Assembly: GCA_013265495.1 (NCBI GenBank)
Contig: MU058781.1
Location: 11,451,009-11,515,008, forward strand
Length of the DNA: 64,000 nt
DNA from: Vicugna vicugna
Taxonomy: Eukaryota
Direction of reading: 5' to 3'
Of this stretch, positions 1 to 12,009 are shown one piece after another (positions within the stretch are counted from its first letter, which is position 1; each line of letters starts with the position of its first letter). Under the pieces are notes generated by a model. The model ran no database searches, was not told the DNA's origin, and saw nothing but the letters and a program-made list of their open reading frames with translations. The translations under genes were made by a program, and so were the position numbers.

Positions 1-1336
1 ATTGAGAAAAATCTGCATATAACCGGATCCACACAGTTCAAACCTATGTTGGTCTAAGGTCAACTGCAAATACTAGTCTATCCTTATACAGGCGTTAAGG
101 TGAGTGATATTTAATATAAAACTAGTAATGTCAGTTTTGTTTTACTGCTTTGCTTTTAAAAAATATTGTTACTAATACTGTATTATGAATATGACTGTAA
201 TACTGTATGCCATAAGGATTCATTCATTAGTAGATAGGCTAGGCTATCATGAAGCCATCACATCGACTACACTAGGCTGCCATAAAGCAATCGTATTGCA
301 CTTCTTTATTATCAATATATGGATCATTGTACTTACAAATATATGTATTTCTTTTTCACATCTTTTTTGATGTCTAGTGTTAGTAATAAATACAACACCT
401 ATAGTGTTTTGCATCATATAAGACAATACTGTTGTAGGTACTGACAGACAATTCATCTTGTAAATAAACAATACACTTAGGTATCAATAAATACAGTACA
501 GTAACATAAATGTATTTTCTTATGACCTTAACAGTTTGTTCTTTAGCTTAACTGTAATACAATATATAATACATACATGTGTTATAATACAACACATATA
601 ATAGTGTTATAATACAACACATATAATACATAATACACAAATATATGTAATATATACACATAATATATGTAATGTGTATAATACATATAATGTTATAATA
701 TATAACACAAAATACATGTTAGTCAACTGTTTATGTTACCAGTAAGGCTTCAACAGTAGACTAAGTTTTGGGGGAGTCAAAAGTTATACACAAATGTCCA
801 TTGACAGATGAATGGATAAAGATATGGTGTACACAGATACACCGTGGAATATGAGCCATAAGAAAGAATAAAGTAATGCCATCTGCAGCAACATGGATGG
901 ACCTAGAGATTATCATACTAAGTGAAGTAAGTCAGATAAAGACAAATATCATATATCATGTGTATGTGGAATCTAAAATATGATACAAATGAACTTATTT
1001 ACAAAACAGAAAGACTCACAGACACAGAAAACAAACTTAGGGTTACCAAAGGGGAAAAGGGGGAGAGATAAAATAAAGAGTTTGGGATAACAGATACAAA
1101 CTACTATATACAGAAAAAATAGATAAGGTCCTACTGTACAGCACAGGGAACTATTTAATAGCTTGTAAGAACTTATAATGGAGATTATATAATATGTATA
1201 ACTGAATCACACTGCTGTACATCAGAAACACAACACTGTAAATTAACTATATGTCTATTAAAAAAAGTTATACACAGGCTGTCGACTATACAGGTTGTCG
1301 GCACCCTTAACCCCTATGTTGTTCAAGTGTCAAATG
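1..1336. mobile_element. Tigger2-family DNA transposon remnants, interrupted by an L1 insertion
   Basis: TIR-like ends ...AAGGTCAACTG (66) and ...TTGTTCAAGTGTCAAATG+TA (1336); GGGGAGTCAAAAGTTATAC subterminal motif. Confidence 0.75.
793..1262 (+). mobile_element. 5'-truncated L1 3' end with a 14-bp TSD
   Basis: L1 ORF2-end/3'UTR motifs (GCAACATGGATGGACCTAGAG). TSD AAAAGTTATACACA at 779-792 and 1263-1276. Confidence 0.9.
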
Positions 1337-1507
1337 TATACAACGTGTGGTGGCCACAACTATCATCAGTTCCCTCATGAACCAGTGGAGGTTGATTCTT
1401 CCGTATTATGCAAATACAGTAACTTATCACCAGCTTATGAAGATGAAGAACAGAACCTGAGTGGAAGAAGGGGACCAAGAGCACGGAGGACCAAATCCAT
1501 CTCCAAC

Positions 1508-1619
1508 TAGGGTGGACCAACCATCCCAGTTTGCCTAGGACTGAGGGGTTTCTAGAACTTGGCACTTTCAGTGCTAAAACCAGGACATTCCAGACAAACT
1601 GAGACTGTTGGTCACCCTA
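1508..1619. mobile_element. MER96-like hAT MITE
   Basis: TIRs TAGGGTGGACCAAC / GTTGGTCACCCTA; imperfect 8-bp flanks tctccaac/cctacaac. Confidence 0.75.
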
Positions 1620-2299
1620 CCTACAACCCAAGTGGAGCTTATGGGCTTATTATTTTCTTTTCATTAAAAGGATTCAAGCTGTTTGCTTCATAAGGCATTA
1701 AAGATATCTGACCTTGATACACAAAAGGGATGATATGCTACTTATTCAGCCAAGAAACTCCTTCAAGTCACTAGACATTTCTGTATATTATTAACAATTT
1801 CATATATATTCATGTGAAAATGAAGTCTCTACACTAGTATATGTCATTATTAAACAGTTCGTAACTAAAAATCTCTACTGTGGATTCCATGATATAAGTC
1901 AATACCAAGTAACTCAAATGAAAGTACATAGCAAGCAATTAAAAAGGAGAAGAGTCAACTAAAAAGGAGCCACCACAGGAGAGCTAAGGTAAAGAAGAAA
2001 CTGAAAACAAAGCCAAAAACCAAGAAATATGCCACCTAAGTTATATGGTTTTTTTTTAACATGAGTTTCATCAAATGCTTCCAGTGAAATTAATTTTCTT
2101 CTGTAATTTCTAATTTGTACCTATGCCATAATTATTTAACTTTTATGACAGAAAATGTACAATCTTCCAAGTATTGTCTATGAGCTCCCTGAAGGTGGCA
2201 ATATGATTCACATTTGTATTTTGCTAGTACCTTGTACAGGCACGCTCTTAGATAAAAATGTCCTATAATGCAATTAATACTGTACTTTAAAAAAAAACT

Positions 2300-2533
2300 T
2301 TACTTAAACCACCTTCTCAATGAGGCCTTCTCCAGTGACACTAACAATTCATACCCAACAGTTTATGTAACTCCTCCTTTCCTCTTAGCACTTATCACTA
2401 TCTAACTACATACTTTACTTATCTACTTCTCGGTCTCCCACAATGGAATGTCAACCAGTAAGGACAGGAATTCCTACCTTGTTCATTGCTGTACAATGCC
2501 TGGCACTTAGTAGGCACTCATTTGTTGAATGAA
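2300..2533 (+). mobile_element. L2 3' fragment
   Basis: Ends GCCTGGCACTTAGTAGGCACTCATTTGTTGAATGAA, typical of an L2 tail. Confidence 0.7.
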
Positions 2534-3098
2534 ATGTTCAGTAAATTAAAATGATGCCATCTTTAAAGGTTAGTAACAAAGTATCTATATCTACTACAAA
2601 TTCTAAGTGATGATATTTAGGCTTACATTGATAAGAATAAACAATGTTTTACAGAATAAAAATCAGTTTGGAATACCTGGATTGCTACTTAAATTGAAAA
2701 TACCTATTTAAAACACATGAGGAACTTTTAAATACAGATGTGCCTTACCCTTTAGATATTTCTTTAAAAGGTTCAAGCCAGTGCTTCTCAAAATGTTATC
2801 AATCACCTGAGGATTGATTTTGTTCAAAATGCAAATTCTGAGTACTGTACACTGGAATCATGACTTTTAAAAAGCTCCCCAGGTGGTTCTAATACGCAGC
2901 AACCTTCGGGAACCGTTGTTTTAGGGTGAGGCTCAGGATACGTTTCTTGGTTTTTAAGTAACTTCAAAAATAATGCAATGTTGAAGGGACAAAATAGAAT
3001 TAAGTAACTTATACAGAAAACAGTTTACTAACCAACAGCTTTTAAAATGAGTCTTACATGGTTTTAAAAAGAAAACAAACAAAAAAACCCCAGCTTAC

Positions 3099-3233
3099 CT
3101 GCAAGTGCTGTCTGTCAATGAAGAGAAACACTGACTGGTTAGGATTGTTGACAACAATTCCAGTCTTGTCCTTTCGGCTCAGTACATGCAAAAACTGTTT
3201 TTCATAGTCACCGTGATGAAATTCAAATTTGGC
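3099..3233 (-). CDS. C6orf62: C6orf62 coding exon 4 ([14 protein letters not shown]...IDRQHLQ, 45 codons); the final exon lies outside the window
   Basis: AG at 3235-3234, donor CAG|GTAAGC at 3098. The expected C-terminal exon (TPKNKATIF...) was not found in 1-3098. Confidence 0.95.
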
Positions 3234-3314
3234 CTAATTAAGAAATATAAACATTTATAATTACAAACATATTACACTACCTGAAATGTCTACTGCACCC
3301 ATATGCAACTAATT

Positions 3315-3540
3315 ACACTGTCCAATACAATATGGTAACCAACAGTGGCTACTTAAATTTGTATTAACTAAATGCAATTTAAAATTCTTTGACATAGGTG
3401 AATTTAAAATTCAGTTCTTCAGTAGCACTAGCTACATTTCAAATGCTCAATAGTCACAAGTGGCAAGTGGCCACCATTCTGAATAGTCTCTTGAGATACA
3501 GAACATTTCCTTCATCACAGAAAGTTCTACTGGATGACAT
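3315..3540. mobile_element. MER3-like hAT-Charlie element
   Basis: CTGTCCAATA...CACATTTCAAATGCTCAATAG-like...AAAGTTCTACTGGA motifs. Confidence 0.7.
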
Positions 3541-4820
3541 TTCATCATATAATTTGACTTTCAAGAAAAACTGCACCAAAGTGACTAAATTCTAATAGTC
3601 AAAGAAATCTTTTCCAATCCCAGCTGCATATTTTACTACTTACGTGATCTGTGCAAATCCCTTAACTTTACTAAACTTCAGCTCTCTCACTTATAAAAGG
3701 GCTCTAACCCATCAGTTTAGAGGAATAAACAAAATGTAAAGCCCACACCTGAAATACAGGGCTAGTTCTCATTCAGATGGGCTTCTGAGGATATAGGAAT
3801 CCCTCGAAAATTTTAAGTGTTTATGTCCAATTTTATTATTTAAAAAAATTTTAAGTTATGAAGACATTATCAAGTCAGTCATGATAGTCTTTTAATCTTT
3901 TAACATAAGGAAGATTAACTCCATCCTCCCACAAAATGTCTATAAAGAAGCCAAATACCAGGTGAAAAAGACCAGGCTAACAGAGAATTCAAGAAACCAG
4001 GAAACCTTAAACAATCTGATATTTAGATACTCAATTGTAAAAATGATTATTAGTCCATTTAGTTCAAACAATCTTTATTCTCCTTCTATGTCAGACAGCA
4101 GAAAATACTAACATGGGAAAAAAATTCCAACAGTTCCTGCTATCCAGGGTTTTACTACCCAATAGCTTTTCTTATAAGCCATAACATAAAATATGACATG
4201 GTATCCCTAAATAGCATTGGATGTAAAATATAATATTGAATTGTATCTCTTCACAATTCAAATATTTATTGAAATTTTAGTATATGAAAAGCATGTTATT
4301 AGATCACGAAAAACATGAATAAGATTATCGCAACCTTAAGGTTGCTTGTCTTGCTGAAGAGGACAAGCACATGCACATATAAAACCTAACTTGTTTCAAA
4401 TCTTTCCTAGAATAAGATGTGGTTATCTGTAAAACCCTAAAATGAAAAGGGTTTTGTAACTCACTTCTTAGATCAGATTTCTTTGAAAACCAAGATTAGG
4501 TATAAAGTATTTCAGGAGTGTGTGTGGTACAGGGGAAGAGATTTTCTGAAGTTCATCTATAAATCAACAAATTTCTACCCTAAAAGATTTTCTGACCATA
4601 ATTTCAAAGACATACTGGGTAGTTAGAACCACCTATTCTCAAGAGATTCTATACGCCAAATGCTTCCTCCTCTTGCATTACAATAGCCAAAAGGCCAAGA
4701 GAGACTCATGAAATAAAACTTACTAGAAAGCATACTGCCAGAGAATTTCTTAAATGAGACCCTATTCTAGGAATTTTCACTTATTTATGTGTTCACCACA
4801 CTTGTTTTAGAATAGAATAC

Positions 4821-4943
4821 CTGAACAGGCCTAAAAGGCTCATCAGATTCCTTCCACCTAGAAAACAGGAGACAGACAATTTTTTCAATATCATTCCGTG
4901 GCCAAAGAATGAAATCCATCTCCTGAGTACAGCCAATTACATC
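4821..4943 (-). CDS. C6orf62: C6orf62 coding exon 3 ([18 protein letters not shown]...FRPVQ, 41 codons)
   Basis: AG at 4945-4944, GT at 4820-4819, phase 0-0. Translation continues the C6orf62 sequence. Confidence 0.95.
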
Positions 4944-5065
4944 CTATAAAATAACAACAACAAAAAAAATTACTTTCAAAGAAACAAAGCCATAACAAGC
5001 AATGCACAAATTACACGGCTTGCCTGCCTGTAGAAACATTTCGTAAGTGCAAAAGGTCCATTATA

Positions 5066-5282
5066 CAGCTGACCCTCAAACAACTTGAGCATTAGACACC
5101 AACCACACAGTCAAAATTTCTGCATATAACTTTACAGCCAGCCCCTCGCCCCCATTTGCAGTTCCACATCCGTGGATTAAACCAACTGTAGACTGAGTAG
5201 TACTCATCAAAAACAAAAAAAAAAAAAAAAAAAACAAGACCCTTGCAGTTGCTGCAAATTCGTGTTGTTCAAGGGTCAACTG
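5066..5282. mobile_element. MER8/Tigger2-type MITE with an internal poly(A) run
   Basis: TIRs CAGCTGACCCTCAAACAAC / GTTGTTCAAGGGTCAACTG, preceded by TA. Confidence 0.8.
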
Positions 5283-6014
5283 TGTATCATTTTATATCTT
5301 AAAACGGTAATAGTAATAGGACTGTATACAATCTGAATAGCTCATGACCTAATTCTAACTTTTATCCTGTAGAGTCCATATACAGCCACCAAGTCCAGTG
5401 TTCTTCACACCAAGATCTAAACTCATCAGTGCATGGAGAAAATTCCAACTAAAGCTCTAATTTTTTTTTTTAAAGTCCCTGTACCATTATTTCCAGTCTT
5501 CAAAATCAGAACCTATTTAAGCGAAGATGTCTTGGAACTTCTAATATGAATCACTACTTTTTTATTACAACTAAAATGCTGTTTTTGTTAAATGCAGATT
5601 ATTGAGACCAATTAACCCCTTCCAGACCAGTACATGGTTATCTTCAGCCTGCCCCTGAGCCCACTAATTATGGAGAACTCTTGTTCAAGTTTGCCCAGAC
5701 TAACTTTCAATGAGTTGCCAAAGTTTAGAAGGCTGGCATCAATACCTTCAAGTTTCTTATTTATAAGGGGCATGATGCTCTTTCTCCCTTGAAAAAGGAA
5801 ACCCCACTGAACAGTAATATAAAACATTAATCATAGCAGTAATGTACACCATTACAACATAACAACACCTAAGACAGTTATCCACATTTTATTTAAATTC
5901 AACTTTGAAGGAGATTCATGACTATAGTTAACCACCTATTCTTTGGAGAGAGGGGAAAAAAACTGCAAGCTCAAGTCACAAAAATCTACCAAAATCAAGC
6001 CTGAAAAATAAGAG

Positions 6015-6175
6015 GTGAATAGAGTATGTGGCTAGCATGCATGAGATCCTGGGTTCAATTCCCCAGTACCTCTGTTAAAAAATAAATAAATAAACCTAAT
6101 TATCCCCCCCTCAAAATAACCCACAAACAAAACAAGTAACTAAACCTAATTACCACCCCCCAAACAAAACAAAGA
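6015..6175 (+). mobile_element. tRNA-derived SINE (camelid type), 5'-truncated, with a duplicated tail
   Basis: TAGCATGCATGAGATCCTGGGTTCAATTCCCCAGTACCTC (B box), followed by two copies of TAAACCTAATTA(T/C)C. Confidence 0.8.
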
Positions 6176-6193
6176 CTTAAAAACAGAATTTAC

Positions 6194-6370
6194 CCTTCTC
6201 ATAGACTGGTATCGAGGAGCATGGAGCTGTACCACATCCTTCTGTAAAAGCTCTATGGAACTTTCTAAGGAATAGCTGGAATCTCGCACACCTTTCAGGA
6301 TATTTTCTTCATAATTATTTGTCATGACTGGTATAACCTCAGACACTTCAAAAAGTGCCGATTTTTTCTT
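6194..6370 (-). CDS. C6orf62: C6orf62 coding exon 2 ([12 protein letters not shown]...RYQSMRR, 59 codons)
   Basis: Acceptor TTTTAG| at 6371, donor AGG|GTAAAT at 6193, phase 0-0. Overlaps ORF-track entry 6146..6346. Confidence 0.96.
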
Positions 6371-8201
6371 CTAAAAGAAAAAAAAGTGTATTAACCCACC
6401 AGTAGCACACCATCTCTTAACACCCAGAGTTCATATTACAATGTCATGTATCTTTATTCTAACTCAGCATAATCCTTAACTGAAGTAATTTTGGTACTGA
6501 AAACAGATTTTTAAATAGGTGGAACCTTCGGTTCTTCCCCCAAACCTCTTACTCCCCAGCCACACACAAACAGGCTATTATCAGAATGTTTAACTGCATG
6601 CTTTTACAGCATTATGGTATCCATAGAAAATACTTAGACAGTATTTCCTAAATGCTGTGAGAAACAAAAACAACTCAGTGATTTACTCTCGATGTAATTT
6701 CATTCAACTGGTTCTACATACTAAATTAAATTATGTAGCTATAAGCTAAATTAAAATCTCAGTTTAAAAACAAAGCTCTTCAGACAAATTAACTATTTTA
6801 CTCCTTGAAAGGGTCAATTTCCATTACTTTTTCTGGATACTATATAACTACAAGTGTCAATATTCAACAGGAGAAAAAATGTCTACAAACCTAAAAATTT
6901 AGTTAAGACCAAGGGCTTATCATCAATTTAGGTTATAAAATTCAAGAGCTGCTCAGGACAACTGCCTGGATACTGTCCAGTCATAGAAAAGCAGGTTTTC
7001 ATAGGTGTTAAAATAACTAGATAATATAATTTGGGGCATCTAACAGATTAAACATAAAGATCTAATCTTACTAGTATCTTGTATTTTTTCCTAGTGAACT
7101 TAAGTTTAATAGCTTCAACTAAAATCTAATCAATTCTGCAGTCAACTTATTAATAAAAGAAAGAAAAAAAGGAGTAAATCTGTGATAATACCCAATATTG
7201 GGACAATCAATTCAAAACAAACCACTTTTGAAACCACTTTACGATGCTATACTCTAGCAGCTAAGAGCATTCTTAATATTAATAACCTTAAGAGTGGGGA
7301 AAAAACCTGGGAAACATTCAAATATTATTACATACATATCACACTAAAATGTTTCTGATGTCAAATTAGCTCATAATTTAAGCACAAAATCAAAGCAGTA
7401 TTTCCTTACTATTTATAATCTAACCTCAGGTTACACAGAGATCGATTATATAAGAAATTATCCATTATTTTAAGTCACAAAAAAACCCCAAAAAACCCCT
7501 GCTTTTATCATGTTCTCCTTGACTACTCATAATTCATTATTTGCTACTTAACCGTAGAATTAACACTGATAAAGACCAAAAAAAATTTTTTACCTTTTTG
7601 GTCATTCTGAATTTTAATAAATTGCAATTCTAAACACTTATTAATTAATTAATTCTAAATACTAATTTAATTAACCATTAAATTAACCTTTTAAAGTAAC
7701 CATTAAAAAATTGCTCCTAAAACTTAAAAGTGCATTCTATTTCATTCTATTTATTCTTTCATTAACTGTACCATGAGAAAAAGTATCTACAACATGGAGA
7801 TGAAGACTGCTTTTTGCACATAAACATTTTGATTCTAATTTACTACTTTCAAACATCCTGTAACACTTTAGACAATCTTTAAATTCAATTATCAAGTTCT
7901 CTATGGAACTCTACATAAATGAAATTTGTTGTAAAACATAAATGAAGAGTTTTACAATGCTATCCACTCCCTGTTAAGTAAAAGTGGATCCTACTAAGCT
8001 TTAGAATTAAGTATTTCGAAACCAATCAGTACTCAAGCCTTCCATTCACTACCCCGCAACTCCATCTATTCAGATAATTAACCGTAAGGGTCAAAGTTAT
8101 AGTAGACAGATGTAGACTTTTGCCAACGACTCTTTAACCTAACAACTTTATACACTTACAAAAATCACTTGTGCTAATTCATATTAAGAACTTTAAATTA
8201 C

Positions 8202-8330
8202 CTTCTCCTTGAATACAAAGGCAATATACATCTTGAAGTCAAACTGGTCAGCTAGAGATTCTTTTTTCTTTCTAAGCTGAGCACGTAGTCTGTTCAGAGC
8301 TTGTTTCTTCCGGGAGTTTGGGTCCCCCAT
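8202..8330 (-). CDS. C6orf62: C6orf62 homolog, first coding exon ([10 protein letters not shown]...AFVFKEK, 43 codons)
   Basis: ATG at 8330-8328 in a strong context (AAAATGG). Translation matches the remembered N-terminus of human C6orf62. Donor AAG|GTAATT at 8201. Confidence 0.96.
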
Positions 8331-9024
8331 TTTTGAAATACAGGTGGTACTAAAGCCTTTGGAAATTGTCACTAAACTATGGGCACTTTTTCTTAAGACT
8401 CAAGTACAACAGAAACAAGTCATTTTTTTTCCTGCTAATATGATTGAATAGCTAAAATCACGACTGTAACCCAAAAACTGCACCTTCTGGCAATATTAGC
8501 AGACTGTCATATTACAGGGGCAAGAAACAAAAGCTGCTGTCCAGTCATGTCTGGACAATAACGTTTGGGGTTGGATGGGAAAAAGGAAGGGGAGGAAGGA
8601 AAGAAAGAGCAGAAAATACTTGAACTAATTTTTTGGAAAACACATTTGGCTTAACTGCCAAAATAAAGGTGGGGGAATGAAAAAACTATTATCAGGATTT
8701 AGGTGTGCAATAAAACACAGCTGACACCAGTCCAATCCTTAAAATCCATCCGGATTTTTTTCCCCTTTTTTTAGAGAAAGGATTATGAAAAGGAGTGGGA
8801 AGGGGGAAGTGTGATCCTTGCTTTCCAAATACCAAAAAAGAAAAAAAAAGGAAAAAAAATACCACCAAAATAACCCCCCCAAAACACCAAAAACAGGGTA
8901 GGTGAATGAAACTGAAATATCCAATTGGATTTTACCCAGCCAGATCCATGGCTGTAGTACCTAATTCTTAGTTATTTCAGATTTCACTATTGCTATGTAT
9001 TGTCAGTGCTTGTTATTGATTACA
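8331..9024 (-). other. C6orf62: C6orf62 long 5' leader containing six AUG uORFs
   Basis: Unique non-repeat sequence contiguous with the ATG. Candidate acceptor (long pyrimidine tract ...CTTTGCTCACCACCAAG|) at 9025. uORFs at 8932-8949, 8699-8749, 8625-8645, 8507-8548, 8496-8510 and 8400-8423. The 5' boundary is inferred. Confidence 0.6.
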
Positions 9025-9729
9025 CTTGGTGGTGAGCAAAGAGAAAAGTGCAAAATCGGTAGAGAAGGAAGGGGAGAGGTACAGGGTTTCCCTGCAATCA
9101 ACTACAGTGTATACCGGGGGCGGGCAGCTGTTGCCCAAAGGAGCCATGAGAAAAAACAGCGGAGTCATTACCAACTTCCCCATCACCCACATTTTCACCC
9201 GCAGGCGGCTGCTAATGCTGCTGCCAAGGAGAATCATGATGGCAGAGGGAAAGGGGGTATATAATACGATATAATGATTCCGGCTCTGTGGTTAGACCTG
9301 ATTAATGCCCGGGACCCCAACACCCCCAGTCCTGCAATGAGTCCTACATTCCCCGAGGGAGCCTTCCCTATGAGTTGCCCCCGTGCAAGATCGTGGGGAG
9401 CGCGACTTATCTTCTTGTGAGCATGGCTGAGGCAAAGGTGGCGGGTTCTTTTCCCAAATCCCAGGCCGTGCCCGGGGACCACCTGTCTTCCACCCCCCAG
9501 GTCCCACCCCCACCCTCTGCCCTCAGCGGCAGCGACTCACTCGCACCACGGGAGACACTGGATCACTCGGGTTTTCACTCATTTCATCGTGGAAACAATC
9601 CCCGCCCGGGTAGAGGAGGCGGGAAAGAATAAATGGGAAGGATCAGTGAGAAGAAAAGAAAATAGTTGCGTTAATATTAAATTACTTTTTAAAGTATGCC
9701 CACCCCACCCCCCAAGAAAAAAAAACTAA

Positions 9730-11300
9730 GTTCCCGGATTGCGGATTCAGCTCGCTCTCACGTTGAACAGACCATGTTTCCCGAGTTTGGATTGTTTAGG
9801 GCGGGGTCGTTAGTTGGTCTCCCAAAAGGGCAGAGGGTGGACTCGAGGCGGCTGGGGCGGGGTGGGTGACGGGGAAATCCCCTCCCTGTCCCCGCGGAGA
9901 CCGGGACTCACTGACCGACTCTCGGACGGGGTTCGGGCCCTCTAGCCGCAGCCTGCGGGCGGAGCGGTGGCGGCGGCGGCGGCGGAAGAGAAGGCGGCGG
10001 CGGGGGCGCTGCTCGCAGCACGGGCAGGAGCCATGTCAAGAGAAAACCACCAGCCAACTGAGCCCCTCCATCCCCGCTGCAGTGCGCACTGTGACCGGGC
10101 CGCCCGCGCTGCTGCCGCCGCTCAGCCCCCACCTGGGACCCATAGTCTGGCTCGGCGCCCCGGGCGGCGGCGGAGGGGAAGGACGCGGAGACGGCGAGAG
10201 AAAAAGAGGAGGAAGGAACGAGGAGGAAGAGGGAGGTGGGATTTGAAACCTGCGCTAAGGGGGTCTGTCAGCGAAGTAAACCCCCCAGGATAAAGTTATT
10301 TCAGTTCAAGCATCTGCTCTGGAGTCTCTCTTCTCCCCACGGGTCGGGCTCCGGCTCTCAGGCAAGAAGGTCGAGGAGACTCGGATGGGGGAAAACCCGA
10401 AGCGGAGGGTGAGCGTCCGCGGTGGCACAGCCTCGTTGCCCCCCACCGGTGGCTGCGGAAGCGGCGGCGGCAGCCTTGGGCGCCTCCCGGGTCCGGGGCA
10501 GAGTCGCGTTTGGGAAGAGAAGCGAGAACAAACAACTTAAAATGGCAGCGACGGCCGCTGCGTCACCCGCCCCTCACCGGCACCGCCCCGAACTCTCTGC
10601 GGCTGCGCATCCCCCGGGCCGCCACCATCTGCGCAGGAACGAAGGGGGAGAAGAGGCTGGAGATGGGAAGGTTTGCAGGGTTATCAAGGAGAGAGGAAAG
10701 AAGCGCAGGAGCAGAGGGTGTGAGGAAGCTTTTAAAAGGGTGACTCTATGAATTTAAACTTCTTAGTTAATATTCCAGCTTCACAGGGGAGTTTGAGAAT
10801 AGAGACTCCCCTATTGCCCAGGATGGGGCGTGGACATGGGCGACCCATTCTCCCTCCACCCCGTCAGGGCTCCCAGTCCCTACAGGCCCCTCGCCCCTCC
10901 CCCCGCAGTCGTCATAAAGCCACGCCCTTATGCCGTCCCCGAAAAAGCACCCGGATGGAATCGCTCTTCCGGGTTCCAGTCCGCTTCAGACTCGGGCAGG
11001 GCGCTGGACCGGGCGGAGCCGGTGGGCGGAGAGTAAGCGAACGTGGGGCGGAGTGAAGCAGGAAAAGGAAAGTGTATGTTGGAAGGACAGGGGGCGATTC
11101 ACTTTTCAGTTCATTGTGGTTTTATCCCTAACTCACAGATTGGCAGTCCCTCAAAGGGTCTGTCCCGCCGTATCTTGCCGCGAGAATTCATCTCCATTAC
11201 CTGGAATTTAAACAGCGAGCAGCAGAAGGTGGTGCACGTTGGTCGCACGTGGCTCTCTGTTCCCCACCTCGCCACGTGCGCATGGGGGAGGGCGGTCCTC
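9730..11300. promoter_or_regulatory. CpG island / C6orf62 promoter with a probable upstream non-coding exon (donor TCA|GTGAGT at 9911, - strand)
   Basis: Very high GC and CpG density, GGC runs at about 9969-10000, GC boxes, YY1-like AAAATGGCAGC at about 10539-10549, CACGTG E-boxes at 11246 and 11273. Confidence 0.88.
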
Positions 11301-12009
11301 TATTTCCGAAGAAGATCTATGCTTTCTTGGAGCGTTGCTACTGTGACTTGGGAGAAAAACGGCTGAAGCTGCTCCGTGGATCATTTTCTCCCTATTTTGA
11401 GAACACAGTTCATGTGGGGATCCCTCAGGACCTCAGACCTAGGACCTGTCCCTTACGTGGTTCTGTGTCTTCCTCAAAATATGAGTGGAACGGACGCACA
11501 TGTCTTTGAATCACACGTCTTTGACAGCGTTGAGTCGCATTGTTCAGAGCTCCGATGCGCCGATTAAAACCCAGTTATATAAATAAGTAAAGTCAACACT
11601 CAACAAAAGCAAAGCCTACATAATCCTTTATGAGCTACTACTCTTTGTGATGAAACTTTAGAACTCTATTGGGTCACCAAATTACTGCTCTTCACTGGGT
11701 AAAATCAAAATAGATAACTTGCAATGACATTTTTTTCATCCATGACCCAAAAGAATTGGACCCACCCTTCTAAATAAATTATCCACAGCTAACCTGTAAG
11801 ATAAATCTAGCATTTTTCTAGTGCTTCTCTGATTGATTTTCACAATCACATCATGGTAACTGTGCGTAAAACTCACAAAGGTAAAAATTGACGATTTCAG
11901 GTAGTTTATGAAATTGGTTGAAAAAAAAGATACTAGAAAAATACAGCACTGCTTCGTGTCTTCTTGATCTGGCCCCGATTTGAATCTATGGTCATCTGTA
12001 TGGAAGAAT

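Noticed and set aside
9866..11366. Many overlapping 70-126 aa ORFs in the CpG island
   Set aside because: Low-complexity Arg/Gly/Pro/Ala products, many with non-ATG starts; expected from stop-codon scarcity in GC-rich DNA.
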